Shown piece after piece: positions 49,931 through 64,000 of a DNA stretch of 64,000 nucleotides. Origin of the DNA: Macrostomum lignano (taxonomy: Eukaryota). Each line of letters begins with the position of its first letter. Position 1 is the stretch's first letter. The translations under genes were made by a program, and so were the position numbers. Below the pieces are notes generated by a model. It was not told the DNA's origin and ran no database searches. It saw only the letters and a program-made list of their open reading frames with translations. The stretch covers positions 248,001-312,000 of the forward strand of contig NIVC01001036.1 of the NCBI GenBank assembly GCA_002269645.1. The letters run 5' to 3'.

Positions 49931-51032
49931 CGACCCGCAGCCATGAGCTGGATTCTTCACATCCGGCCCTTGAGGTAAAAACCGTTAATTTGTTTAAATT
50001 CGCAGTGGCAGCAAAGTTCGGCGGAGAGAGGCCTGGGAAGGGGGGGGCTATCGATCTCTGCTAGCGAACGAGCAACACTGGTCGCCGCCGCTTGCGTCAG
50101 AGCCCTGCATTTTTGCACTTTGCCGCGGCTCCCCCACCCCCCCCCCAGGCCCCAGCCAATACGGATCAATAAGCCGCCGCAGTGATACCCTCCGGGGCTT
50201 CAAAAAATTAACTTGAAACGGGAAGAAGGGAATAAAAAGCTGCTGGGTATGGTCGGGCACTTGGCTACGCGCCTCATCATGGCTCGAATTTCAATTAACA
50301 CCGAGAAGGAGAGAGAAGAGAGCAAGGAGAGCCCCATACAGTCCTAGTCCGAGCTGATGAGCTAGAAGAGGACAGATGAGGATGGCCGGAGGCTGTGACT
50401 GGAGATGATGCGATTCCCATCCCCTCCCCATCCGCATGGGACAGGCAGGGGGGGGGGCAGCCAAGAAGGGGGGCGACGGTCTGCTGCTTCTGCCGGCGAC
50501 AACTGGCGGCCGCTTGTCAACTCCAACTCGGCTGTCCCGTCCGCGATCCCCGATCCCAAGCAGCGGCAGCACCGCCTGACCCGAAACACATGCCTGTCCC
50601 CCACTTCGTCTGCCTTCGGGCGTTGAAAGTCGCTTTGTCGGACGGTGCACATGCTGGGCCACCCCAGTTCCGGGATCGGGAGGCGGGGAAGAGCGGGAAG
50701 AAGGCGAATGAAAACGAATGAATTTATTTGCGGCGCAATCAGAGCCATGTGGAGCGGGGCCGGGTCGACGCGATGAAAGAGGCTGGGGACTATTGATGAA
50801 AGAAGAGGGGAGTCGCCGTTATAACAGATAGAGGCCCGGTCGGGGCCGAAATGAATGATTCCACACGCTTCGGTCGGTGGCCGCAGCTGCTGGAAGGTGG
50901 GACAGCGACGAAGCCTCTGCCTGCCGTCTAGTAGCGATGGAATTCCTGTCCCATGTCAACCGCTAATGCCCTGCCAGTTGGGAATGCATAGAGAGCACTT
51001 GCAGCACCTGACTGGGTGCGCTGAATTTATAA

Positions 51033-53030
<1,998 letters not shown>

Positions 53031-53672
53031 GGATGATCGATAGATATTCCAGCTGGCAGCTAATGATGATGAGGCCACAGAAGGAACTCAGACTGACTCA
53101 CCCCCGCTCCCTTCTCTCTCTCAATCGCAGCCTTCCAAATTAGTTCGCCCAGCTCCATCGCCCCTGATTACCCTATGCCGAGAAATAGAGTCCAAAAAGC
53201 GACTGCAAATTGCGGCAGAAATCTCCCCCCCCCCAGCTAAGACGGGCCGATTAGGCCAGGCGCACTCACCCCAGAGCTGGCTGTGTTGGGCAGGACAAAT
53301 AGATGCGCCGGCTGGGCAGAGCTCTCTCTGCTACCAAAAAATATCATTGAAGCCCTGGCCGCTGGCTGCAGTGGCTATCTATATTGCTTGGCAGTCAAAC
53401 TGCTTCTAGAGGCTAATAACGTCGGAGCTCGTCTCTGATTGGACAAATGCGTAGAGCGGATGATTGGCCATCAATTCCTAAGAGAAAACTCATAATCATA
53501 CTACTGTTAGTATATTTGCACACGACTTAGGTAGGTAAGTTCAAATATACGGCTGCTAAGTCAATTCTGCTAATTGCTATTAACTAAATTATTAACTAAA
53601 AGCTTAGTGACGAAAATTGAGCCTCTTTAATATGATACCTCTACTCATGCTCATGCTGCTCAGTGTGTCTTA

Positions 53673-54012
53673 GCTAGAGTGCTCAGACTGATTCAGTGTG
53701 ACTAGATTGTGGGTTATAGTGCTCTAATTAGGAACTGAGTGAGTCCTGAGTCAGCTAGAGTGCTCAGACTGATTCAGTGTGACTAGATTGTGGGTTATAG
53801 TGCTCTAATTAGGAACTGAGTGAGTCCTGAGTCAGCTAGAGTGCTCAGATTGATTCAGTGTGACTAGATTGTGGGTTACAGTGCTTTAATCGGGAACTGA
53901 GCGAGTCCTGAGTCAGCTAGAGTGCTCAGATTGATTCAGTGTGACTAGATTGTGGGTTACAGTGCTTTAATCGGGAACTGAGCGAGTCCTGAGTCAGCTA
54001 GAGTGCTCAGAT
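53673..54012. repeat. 81-bp tandem repeat, about 4 copies
   Basis: GCTAGAGTGCTCAGA recurs at 53673, 53754, 53835, 53916 and 53997. Confidence 0.93.
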
Positions 54013-54533
54013 TAATGCAGTGTGGAAGATCAAACTAAGGTGTCCAAATTAGGAATCAGACATGATCTAAAAGAATCCGAAACGACTCAAAATTCGATGA
54101 TTGGTCATTTGTCATGGCCATAATTAGCCCATATTTCGCCATTAAAGAATTCAATTTAGTTGGGTGAAACTTTTTTAATATAAAATTAAAAGTTTAAAAG
54201 TGAATAAAAAACATAGTTCGTTGAGAATTGCCATGTACTGGGTAATATTTATTAAGTACTTAGTCTCGGTCGTACAGTAGCACCAATAGTTTGTTATAAG
54301 CATCATAAATATAAACATTGATATAAAATTCAAAACACAGGAAGCATCGATGGAAATATGGAAGTTCAAACCGAAGGAAGCACCAGTTTATCTCACATTA
54401 TGCTCATAATTCGCTATCAACCTACTTTTTGCTTCAGTAGTAAGCAGTATAAGTAAGCTTTAATTTCTAAGTAGATGACGAGGCAATCATATCAGCATAG
54501 TTACTCGGGCTGTTTACCCACCCGAAAAAGCCC

Positions 54534-55412
54534 CTAAGCCGCTCCGGAGCAGATGACCTGATAGATGAGGCCGAACTCGCGCTCCTGCACAGCTGCCCGG
54601 CACTGGGCCACCACCTGAGCCCGGTAGCGGCCGGTGCGCAGCGCGGCGCCCTGCTGAATCACCAGGCCCACCTGTTTGAGCGCGCCAACCAGGGAGGCGT
54701 GCGCGTCGGCTCTGGCGCGGTGCGAGGCCACCAGGCCGCGGTTGACGCGCAGCAGGTCGGCGTAAGCCTGCCGCGTGTTGGCCATGTCGCCCAGCAGTCG
54801 GGAGTCCTCGGCCCGCACCGCCAAGCTGCGCACCAGGCCGGAGCTGTCCGCCTGATCGGCCGCCAAGCGCGCCTGTCCAGCCTCGAGCTGTCGGACGCGG
54901 CTGGCCAGGCCGTCCAGCTGCTCGGACAGGCCGGGGAAGCTGGCCTCGCTGGCCAGATCGTCCAGACCGAGGAAATCCGCCAACGATGCGACAACTTCGG
55001 CGGCCAATTCGAGCGAGTCAACGCCGACTGTGGCCATCGGCTCGGCGGCGGGTGAGCGAGTTTCGATGCTCAGCAGGCGGCCAGTGCGGACGCAGCGGAA
55101 GCGGAACGAGCCGCTCTCGGCCGCCGCGGTGGCCTTCGACGGCAGCAGGAAGCTGTTGTTGATCCACATGGCCAGCCGCTGAGGCCGCTCGGCCAGGCGG
55201 AACCGGACCCAGCCGGCCGGGGCTTCGGCCGCACTCGCCGCCTCATCCGCGGTGCCCAGCCAGGCGAATGTGGCGAAGCGGGGCAGCAGGCGGGAGGCCT
55301 CGAATACGTGGAACTGAGCCACGCTGCCGCGCTGTCCGACCAGGCATTTCAGGTGCAAATCCACCGCTGCGTTGCGGCTGGGCCGGATAACCAGGGCGAG
55401 CTGGCTGCTCAC
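54534..55412 (-). CDS. BBS2: Bardet-Biedl syndrome 2 protein, exon 4 (platform/coiled-coil C-terminus)
   Basis: Acceptor CGGCAG|GTG. SQFHVFE, RPQRLAMWINNSFLL, LVRSLAVRAEDSRLLGDM, LKQVGLVIQQGAALRTG and CRAAVQE match the BBS2 C-terminal pattern. Confidence 0.9.
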   Translation of the reverse strand: MSSQLALVIRPSRNAAVDLHLKCLVGQRGSVAQFHVFEASRLLPRFATFAWLGTADEAASAAEAPAGWVRFRLAERPQRLAMWINNSFLLPSKATAAAESGSFRFRCVRTGRLLSIETRSPAAEPMATVGVDSLELAAEVVASLADFLGLDDLASEASFPGLSEQLDGLASRVRQLEAGQARLAADQADSSGLVRSLAVRAEDSRLLGDMANTRQAYADLLRVNRGLVASHRARADAHASLVGALKQVGLVIQQGAALRTGRYRAQVVAQCRAAVQEREFGLIYQVICSGAA

Positions 55413-55444
55413 CTGCCGGTTTTAGGGGGCAAGCTGGATTAGAC

Positions 55445-55770
55445 CGCACACAATATGCCTCATCCTCCTCACCTCGGATCTCCCTCACCCCGGATGTCCA
55501 TCACCCCGGATGTCCCTCAACCCGGATCTCCATCACCCCGGATGTCCATCACCCCGGATGTCCCTCAACCCGGATCTCCATCACCCCGGATCTCTACCAC
55601 CCCGGATGTCCATCACCCCGGATTTGCTTCACCCGGATGTCCATCACCCCGGATCTCCATCACCCCGGATTTCCTTCACCTCGGATGTCCATCACCCCGG
55701 ATGCCCCTCACCCCGGATTTCCTTCACCCCGGATGTCCCTCACCCGGATCTCCCTCACCCCGGATCTGCT
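55445..55770. repeat. Degenerate CCATCACCCCGGAT-type minisatellite in BBS2 intron 3
   Basis: About 20 variable units containing ACCCCGGAT. Confidence 0.88.
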
Positions 55771-55800
55771 TCATCCCAAGACAGCCGCTCAAACGCCTAC

Positions 55801-56337
55801 CTGATTGGCGGGCGGGTGCGCCACAAGCGATTCGCCTTCTTCGAAGAGGCCCTCAGCAAAGACGGCCAGCGCCCTGACCACGGTTTCGTTGGAAGTCGAA
55901 ACGCTCAGCACCACTGCGTCGGCTTCAACGCTGAGGCTGCTGCTGAGCTGCGTATTGGCTGGTATCACCGACGCTTCGGCACCAGCTGTTCCCATGGCAA
56001 CGCGCAGAGTGCCTTCGAAGTTGACACCCGAGCCAATCCTACGCATGCCGCCGTCGCCGCCATCGCTGCCGTCGCCGCCTGCCCCTCCCCGCTTCTTCTG
56101 ATCAGCGTAGTTGCGCAGCTCCAGGCCCAGGCTCTGCTTGTACTGCATCAGCGAGCGCATCGAGCCCGGCGCGTCTTCCCCCAGGGTGGCGCGAAGCAGC
56201 GACGCGGCCAGGTGCTGCGGCACCGCGTCGAATGCCCGCAAGTCGCCCTCAACGCCGACAATAGTGAGGAGAGGCGGTCGGCCGTCGCCGCGAAGATCGG
56301 CCACGGCCAATCCGGCCACGGGACTCGGACCCTGGTC
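55801..56337 (-). CDS. BBS2: BBS2, exon 3
   Basis: Acceptor CCGCAG|GAC; DQGPSPVAGLAVADLRGDG...LELRNY...VIPANTQL...AVFAEGLFEEGESLVAHP; donor CAG|GTAGGC. Confidence 0.9.
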
Positions 56338-56414
56338 CTGCGGTTCACAGAGGGCGTTTCCATTTTTCTAGGATAGCTAGTTATTCTATTCTATTACCTT
56401 GCTTACTTCGATCA

Positions 56415-56950
56415 CGGAAGTTCATGCATAGACACAACCGGAAGTGCATGCATAGACACAACCGGAAGTGCATGCATAGACACAACTGGAAGTGCATGCA
56501 TAGACACAGCCGGAAGTGCATGCATAGACACAACTGGAAGTGCATGCATAGACACAACCGGAAGTGCATGCATAGACACAACTGGAAGTGCATGCATAGA
56601 CACAGCCGGAAGTGCATGCATAGACACAACCGGAAGTGCATGCATAGACACAACCGGAAGTGCATGCATAGACACTACCGGAAGTGCATGCATAGACACA
56701 ACCGGAAGTGCATGCATAGACACAACCGGAAGTGCATGCATAGACACAACTGGAAGTGCATACATAGACACAGCCGGAAGTGCATGCATAGACACAACCG
56801 GAAGTGCATGCATAGACACAACCGGAAGTGCATGCATAGACACAACCGGAAGTGCATGCATAGACACAACCGGAAGTGTATGCATAGACACTACCGGAAG
56901 TGCATGCATAGACACAACTGGAAGTGCATGCATAGACACAACCGGAAGCG
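56415..56950. repeat. 24-bp minisatellite (GACACAACCGGAAGTGCATGCATA) in BBS2 intron 2
   Basis: About 22 units. Confidence 0.96.
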
Positions 56951-56992
56951 TTTGCGGCAGCAAAACCGGAAATGAAAATGCCCAACGCTCAC

Positions 56993-57572
56993 CCTGAACA
57001 CAACTTCGCCAGTGGCCACCCGGCGGGCGTCGACTTTGCCGCCGCTCCAGCCCACCAGCAGTTCAACCTGGCCGTCGCTGTCCAAATCGAAGGCGGCCAA
57101 CGCCACTGGCCGGTGTTTGGACTTGATCCGCCACAGCCGCTTGGAGCGCTCGTACACCCCAACGGTGCCGTTGGCCAGGGCGTAGGCGAACCTGGGCGAG
57201 TCGGGCAGCGCCAGCAGAGCCACAGGCGAGTCGGTCTCAGTGAATTCGCGCGCGATCGCGTCGTCGCGAAACAGACGAAGCTCGAAATCTTCGCTGCCAA
57301 CTAGCAGCAGTTCGCCGGCCTCGTCGCCGAGGAATTTTCCGGCAGTCATGGAGGTGACTCGGTCGCCAGTGACGCTCCAGTAGGCCTCGGCACCGCTGGA
57401 ATCGAAGCCAAGCAGGGTGCAGTTGCCACCGGCGATGGCCACTCGGCGAGTTTTTCCCTGCTTCTGCTGCTGCTGTCTGCCGGGCTCGCCACCGCCGCTG
57501 CCGTCTCCCGATTGGCTGACGACTACGGCGAAAGCGCCGTCAGGCACGGGACGGTTGAACAGGTCCGCATTC
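56993..57572 (-). CDS. BBS2: BBS2, exon 2 (beta-propeller)
   Basis: Acceptor CAACAG|G; NADLFNRPVPDGA, GGNCTLLGFD, YWSVTGDRV, LLVGSEDFELRLF, FAYALANGTVGVY, WRIKSK, DLDSDGQVELLVGWSGGKVDAR; donor AGG|GTGAGC. Confidence 0.93.
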
Positions 57573-57592
57573 CTGTTGAACAGGAGAGGGGG

Positions 57593-58950
57593 GCAGTCAA
57601 GACAGTCAGCAAATACAGGTGAGACTGTCGGCAAATACAGGTGAGACAGTCGGCAAATACAGGTGAGACAGTCAGCAAATACAGGTGAGACAGTCAGCAA
57701 ATACAGTCAAGACAGTCAGCAAATACAGGTGAGACAGTCAGCAAATACAGTCAAGACAGTCAGCAAATACAGTCAAGACAGTCAGCAAATACAGTCAAGA
57801 CAGTCAGCAAATACAGTCAAGACAGTCAGCAAATACAGTCAAGACAGTCAGCAAATACAGGTGAGACAGTCAGCAAATACAGGTGAGACAGTCAGCAAAT
57901 ACAGTCAAGACAGTCAGCAAATACAGGTGAGACAGTCAGCAAATACAGGTGAGACAGTCAGCAAATACAGGTGAGACAGTCAGCAAATACAGGTGAGACT
58001 GTCGGCAAATACAGGTGAGACAGTCAGCAAATACAGGTGAGACAGTCAGCAAATACAGGTGAGACAGTCAGCAAATACAGTCAAGACAGTCAGCAAATAC
58101 AGGTGAGACAGTCAGCAAATACAGTCAAGACAGTCAGCAAATACAGGTGAGACAGTCAGCAAATACAGGTGAGACAGTCAGCAAATACAGGTGAGACAGT
58201 CAGCAAATACAGGTGAGACTGTCGGCAAATACAGGTGAGACAGTCAGCAAATACAGGTGAGACAGTCAGCAAATACAGGTGAGACAGTCAGCAAATACAG
58301 GTGAGACAGTCAGCAAATACAGTCAAGACAGTCAGCAAATACAGGTGAGACAGTCAGCAAATACAGTCAAGACAGTCAGCAAATACAGGTGAGACAGTCA
58401 GCAAATACAGTCAAGACAGTCAGCAAATACAGTCAAGACAGTCAGCAAATACAGGTGAGACAGTCAGCAAATACAGTCAAGACAGTCAGCAAATACAGGT
58501 GAGACAGTCAGCAAATACAGTCAAGACAGTCAGCAAATACAGGTGAGACAGTCAGCAAATACAGGTGAGACAGTCGGCAAATACAGGTGAGACAGTCAGC
58601 AAATACAGTCAAGACAGTCAGCAAATACAGTCAAGACAGTCAGCAAATACAGTCAAGACAGTCAGCAAATACAGTCAAGACAGTCAGCAAATACAGTCAA
58701 GACAGTCAGCAAATACAGGTGAGACAGTCAGCAAATACAGGTGAGACAGTCAGCAAATACAGTCAAGACAGTCAGCAAATACAGGTGAGACAGTCAGCAA
58801 ATACAGGTGAGACAGTCGGCAAATACAGGTGAGACAGTCAGCAAATACAGGTGAGACTGTCGGCAAATACAGGTGAGACAGTCAGCAAATACAGGTGAGA
58901 CAGTCAGCAAATACAGGTGAGACAGTCAGCAAATACAGTCAAGACAGTAA
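57593..58950. repeat. 22-bp minisatellite (GACAGTCAGCAAATACAGGTGA / ...CAGTCAA) in BBS2 intron 1
   Basis: About 60 units of two interspersed variants. Confidence 0.96.
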
Positions 58951-59086
58951 AAAAGTACAAGTTTTTTTAATTTGAAAAAAACTGTGAGCTAAAAAAGATA
59001 TTTTTACAGTGGACCAAACAGGTTTCAACGCTAACTTTATACTTAGAAGAGAAGAGTAATCAAGTTCTTTTTCCCAGCTTACTCAC

Positions 59087-59400
59087 CTGTGCACGTCGTA
59101 CACCAGCATGTCAGTTGCCGTGCCAATCACTAGAGCGTCACGTGACGCCGAATCGAGCAGCCGGCCGGCGCACATCGATAGCACCGGTTGCTCCATATTC
59201 AAAATCTGCACCGGCAGGCCGGTGTCTGTTTCCATGGCAACTGGGCCAGACTGCTGCTGCCCGGGACTGAGCAGCATCAGCTTGCCGGAGTTGGCGGCGC
59301 ACACGAGAGTGTCGGAGCGGCCATCGAATCGGCCGACAGCCACCAGGCCGGGCAGCACTGGCTGGGGCAGGCGGCCCTGATAGGCTGGAACCAGAGCCAT
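59087..59400 (-). CDS. BBS2: BBS2, exon 1
   Basis: MALVPAY...VAVGRFDG...AANSGKL...QILNMEQPV...LVIGTATDMLVYDVH matches the BBS2 N-terminus; donor AG|GTGAGT, phase 2, compatible with exon 2. The spliced CDS is 2310 nt (769 aa). Confidence 0.9.
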
Positions 59401-60932
59401 GCTGCTGCTGCTGCTGCTAGCTTGGCCAATAGAGCATGGCAGTCATTTAGATGAAATGGAAGAGCATCTATTTTATTAGTATTAATATTATTATTAGTTG
59501 TGTTGTTATTTCTGTTGCTAAAAAAATCAAAGCAACCTTCTTTTTACTTTAATAGAAAGTCAGTTAATAATTTAATACTGATTTAATGGCTTAAACTTTT
59601 AGATATAACTTTGCCAAATAAAAAATCTACATTTGCTTCTAGTTAAATAAACTATACCAAGAAAATGTTCCTTATGATAGAATAAATTCCTAGACATGCA
59701 TTCCATAGATAGTACTAAACTTCTTGTAAAATTGTTAGAATTGTTTTTCCCTATTGGACTTTACTCGAAAGAAACAGTTAAATAAAATAAACGAATTTTA
59801 TAGTTAATCAAATACAAATACAATATTGCTGCATTTAGGGTCATTTTAGCTTTTTTCATATACATGGTTACTAAATCACTGAGGGTGTTGTATGCATGAT
59901 TTTATTGAATTAATTAGTGCTTCTAGACTTTCAAAAACAATGTCTTGCATAGGTTGGTCTATACCAGCATAATTCAATGATGAATCAATATAACTTTTTG
60001 TGATTCAGGCATTAATTTAATTAGATATAATGAAAATTTACCAAAAAATGAGAAATTTACAAACTCATCTGCCCTAAAAATACATTGCTTTTATCAAGTA
60101 TTAGTTGTAATGTTGCAGCAAGCAGCAACAAAAGAAAACTTTAAATTATTTATTTCTTATTTAATTTCTAATGGTTTCGAACATTTCTGGTTATTAAATA
60201 GCTGCTGGTTATACTTATTTGTGTTGGTTTTAGCAACATCGTTAACTTAAAAAAATAAATAATTGGTATATAAAATAATAAACTAAAAAACCAGAAATAG
60301 AATTAATCTGTGAAAGACTGCTGCCATTCAAGGAGGCTGAAAGGGAATAATTTTCACGGAAAAGGAAATACAGCAATTGCGGTGAAGTATAGGGATGTTG
60401 TATGTTGGTAACCATGCAGATAAAACTTTAATTGTTGTTTTAGCGAAATTTACCAATGCAATCTAATGTTAGACTATTTTGAGAACTTAAGACTCTTTAA
60501 AGTGTTCAACACGATAATTTAAAAAACAATTTTGACCAGTTGCCAGGTTTCCAAGTTAGCAAGTAGCTTCTTTAAATTATTTTGTCCCGTATCGGCCTAT
60601 GAAAATGAACTGAATTTTTTCATTTGAATTTCAATACGACGCTGTTTAAATTTCAAGTATTTAAACAAAATCTAGAGCGTCCTTTTATTTACGGATAATT
60701 CATATCGCTAGTAATTCTCTTAACTTTTAGAAATTTTAGTAGCATATTAAACAAGGAAAGTCGATAACCACATGGGTAGTAAATATATCTGTGCTGATTT
60801 ACAGACTGTACATGTATTTGCATGGTTACTGGATGGATGGATTAATCAACGCGCGCTATTACGCGTATATGTACATGTTAGAAGATAAACTTACTTATAT
60901 ATGTAGTCACAATACAGACTGTGAGAAGGGGT

Positions 60933-61294
60933 GGGGGGCCGTAGCCCAGCGGTAGCGCAGCTGCTCTGGTGTGCCAGCGACCCAGGCTCGATTCCAAGTG
61001 CAGTCACATTAATTTGGGGCTGAATTGGAATCTCGGCTTGGCTCTGCTCGTGCAATTAACGGCCTTGAGAGCCAACCTCCCAAGGCGCAGTGAAGTGTAC
61101 ATGCCTAACGATAATATAAAGTTAGGGCCGCTGTACACTCCTGTGTGAGTGTGTGCCTGCGTACGTATCCGCGCGCTTGTATGCCTGCTCAGGGGAGTCG
61201 GCGGAATGGGCAGTAATGCCTCTCGCCGGTTGTGTGCCCATGTCGCTTAAAGTGCGCCAGGGTGCACACACCCCCCCTGCCTCTAAAAAAAAAA
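60933..61294 (+). mobile_element. Full-length tRNA-derived SINE with A-tail and 12-bp TSD
   Basis: tRNA-like head GGGGCCGTAGCCCAGCGGTAG (A box) ... GGCTCGATTCC (B box); A10 tail at 61285-61294; direct repeat GTGAGAAGGGGT at 60921-60932 and 61295-61306. Confidence 0.85.
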
Positions 61295-61979
61295 GTGAGA
61301 AGGGGTAGCACGAGTTAAGGTGCTGCTATTTACATGTAGGTCGTCCTTGTTGAATTGCATGGTGTGACGCGAGTAAAATACATGTACAGTGTCAGGGGAA
61401 TAAAATCAAGCTAGGGACACATGTCGCTGTCAGTGCCAGTTTAGGAGGTACATTTAGGAAAGTGTATTATGCGATGGACATGTACAGAACTCGATCAGAA
61501 CGCACTTCAGGCACATCCATCTCTGAACAGTGTCAAAATTAAAGGCTGTCTGAGCACCACGCACAGCAACGGCCGTAGTGTAAATATGCATGCGCCGAAC
61601 GGAAGGATGAAGTGATGAGATAGCGCTTTGCTAGAAACTTGAGGCACCTCGCGCATACAGTTAGTTTCCTCGCCTCCTCTACATGTACATGGACAAGCAC
61701 TAAATATATGCTCCGAATCAGCGATGCGTCTCGAAGTTACAGCCCGATGACATTGACAAGGGCGTTTTACAAGCACGAAATTTCACATCGTCGAAAGAGA
61801 TGATGAGATACTTTTACAAGCTCGAAATTTCATAATTGCTCGAAACTTTATTTAGGTTGAAACTTTACAATCTCGAACTTCATAAGCAAGAAAATTCACA
61901 TCGTCGAAAGGTCTTGCAGGTCACTTTCATAAGCTCATTCTTCACCTATGTACGAGTAAGCAGGAGAGCTGTTTCGGCC

Positions 61980-62290
61980 ATTTGCTTCGGCAACCATTGG
62001 CGGCCTGCTGCATTCTTTAAGATGACTATTACGCTGCGCCGCACACCGCGTGCAGCTGCTGAGGAGAATGCAGCTCGGCATTCGCACATTAAAAAGGCCG
62101 TCAAAAGCTGTCTCTCCAGACATGAGCCCCATCGAGCATGTCTGGGAGTTTGTAAAGCGAAGAGCTCAGCAGGATACCCCGCAGAATGCCGAACAGTTGC
62201 AACAGGCGGTTCTGCATCGCTGGCAGCAGCTGCCCCAAGAGTTCATCAACCGGCTGGTGATCAGGAGGCCAAGTTGAGGCATGCCTTGCT
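61980..62290 (+). pseudogene. Degraded Tc1/mariner transposase C-terminal fragment
   Basis: APHTARA followed, after frameshifts, by RPSK..SPDMSPIEHVWEFVKRR..P.N.EQL..AV...W..LP.E.I..LV, the Tc1 DD34E C-terminal motif. No TIRs identified. Confidence 0.75.
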
Positions 62291-62439
62291 TCATTAAGCA
62301 GTATAACGGAAGAATTCGAGAGTGTATCGTATTAGCTATGCGATCAGTTTTTGGGACTGGAAAATTCGCGAGCGATAAACAAGCTTTTTAATGAATTTTT
62401 ATGACATTTCACTGGCTCCTCAATGCAAAAAAAGTTGAA

Positions 62440-63530
62440 GTGGTTTTTTGCTAGTATATGGCTCCTCAATGCACCTGCAAATCTGCACGACTCCTCAATG
62501 CACCCGCAAATCTGCATGGCTCCTCAATGCACCTGCAAATCTGCATGACTCCTCAATGCACCTGCAAATCTGCACGACTCCTCAATGCACCTGCAAATCT
62601 GCACGACTCCTCAATGCACCTGCAAATCTGCATGACTCCTCAATGCACCTGCAAATCTGCACGACTCCTCAATGCACCTGCAAATCTGCATGACTCCTCA
62701 ATGCACCTGCAAATCTGCACGACTCCTCAATGCACCTGCAAATCTGCATGGCTCCTCAATGCACCTGCAAATCTGCATGGCTCCTCAATGCACCTGCAAA
62801 TCTGCATGGCTCGTCAATGCACCTACAAATCTGCATGGCTCCTCAATGCACCTGCAAATCTGCACGACTCCTCAATGCACCTGCAAATCTGCATGGCTCC
62901 TCAATGCACCTGCAAATCTGCATGGCTCCTCAATGCACCTGCAAATCTGCACGACTCCTCAATGCACCTGCAAATCTGCACGACTCCTCAATGCACCTGC
63001 AAATCTGCATGACTCCTCAATGCACCTGCAAATCTGCACGACTCCTCAATGCACCTGCAAATCTGCATGACTCCTCAATGCACCTGCAAATCTGCATGAC
63101 TCCTCAATGCACCTGCAAATCTGCATGACTCCTCAATGCACCTGCAAATCTGCACGACTCCTCAATGCACCTGCAAATCTGCATGGCTCCTCAATGCACC
63201 TGCAAATCTGCACGACTCCTCAATGCACCTGCAAATCTGCATGACTCCTCAATGCACCTGCAAATCTGCACGACTCCTCAATGTACCTGCAAATCTGCAC
63301 GACTCCTCAATGCACCTGCAAATCTGCACGACTCCTCAATGCACCTGCAAATCTGCATGGCTCCTCAATGCACCTGCAAATCTGCACGACTCCTCAATGC
63401 ACCTGCAAATCTACACGACTCCTCAATGCACCTGCAAATCTGCACGACTCCTCAATGCACCTGCAAATCTGCACGACTCCTCAATGCACCTGCAAATCTG
63501 CATGGCTCCTCAATGCACCTGCAAATCTGG
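62440..63530. repeat. 29-bp minisatellite (CTCCTCAATGCACCTGCAAATCTGCATGA)
   Basis: About 37 units with CACGA/CATGA/CATGG variants. Confidence 0.96.
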
Positions 63531-64000
63531 CTCATCAATTGATGAGCAAATCTAACTCAAAGCTCAATCCACCCTGAAAGCAAAGTCCTAATTTCTTAAT
63601 TAATTCTTCTGCAAAGCTTAAACTATTGTATGAACGTTTTTATACCGTAGTTCTACCGGTATTTTATTTATATTTATAGCCAACGCTAATCATCGTTTGT
63701 TTAAAATGGTTTTTTGCACGCATGATATAACACCTTAAACAACTGCATTGGATCGTTGTTACATCACGCAGTTCCTTGACGCACTTGTGTCCATCGTATT
63801 TAAATACACATGCGCACTAGCTTATTGTGCGCCCCAGCTCGTAGCCGAAAAAAATTCAAGAAAAAATGCTGCTCATTTTTCCTCACGCACTACTCACAGC
63901 AAACCAGTAGACAAATCGGCATTTTGCTATCTGGCCGCCAGCCGACGCCAAAAATATTTCTCCGCCTCGGCATCCCGCACTCTGCCCTGCACGGCAGCCC

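Noticed and set aside
49950-51030. GC-rich region with several 60-130 aa ORFs
   Set aside because: No recognisable domain or consistent exon structure; cannot be supported as coding.
56381-56985. Cys/His-rich ORFs resembling zinc fingers
   Set aside because: Translation of the 24-bp repeat inside BBS2 intron 2.
60933-61006. Functional tRNA gene
   Set aside because: Imperfect cloverleaf; it is the head of an element with an A-tail and TSDs.

Overview
This is a eukaryotic (animal) genomic window. GC-rich exons with poly-Ala runs sit among very large micro- and minisatellite arrays, a style suggestive of a repeat-rich invertebrate such as the flatworm Macrostomum (inference only). Host genes: an unknown 4-exon gene (+, about 5956-8797), a 4-exon asparaginase-ankyrin gene (ASPG, -, 18119-32831, with a 1-nt frameshift in exon 3), a single-exon orphan class A GPCR (-), a single-exon NHL-repeat-like protein (+) and a 4-exon BBS2 gene (-, 54534-59400). 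The standout is an apparently intact 3457-bp DNA transposon (35619-39075). It has 219-bp TIRs with CAC...GTG ends, a 4-bp AACC target-site duplication, and a 680-aa transposase carrying RAG1-like core motifs and a RAG1-N-terminus-like zinc finger (Chapaev/Transib/RAG1 lineage). Its ends show a heptamer/23-bp/A-rich layout reminiscent of a 23-RSS, and it sits in a target matching its own terminus. Also present are a full-length tRNA-derived SINE with TSDs, a CORE-like SINE abutting the GPCR start, and a Tc1 remnant. Eight of nine inferred introns contain their own minisatellite, several with splice-signal-like units. Most long ORFs in the ORF track are repeat artefacts.
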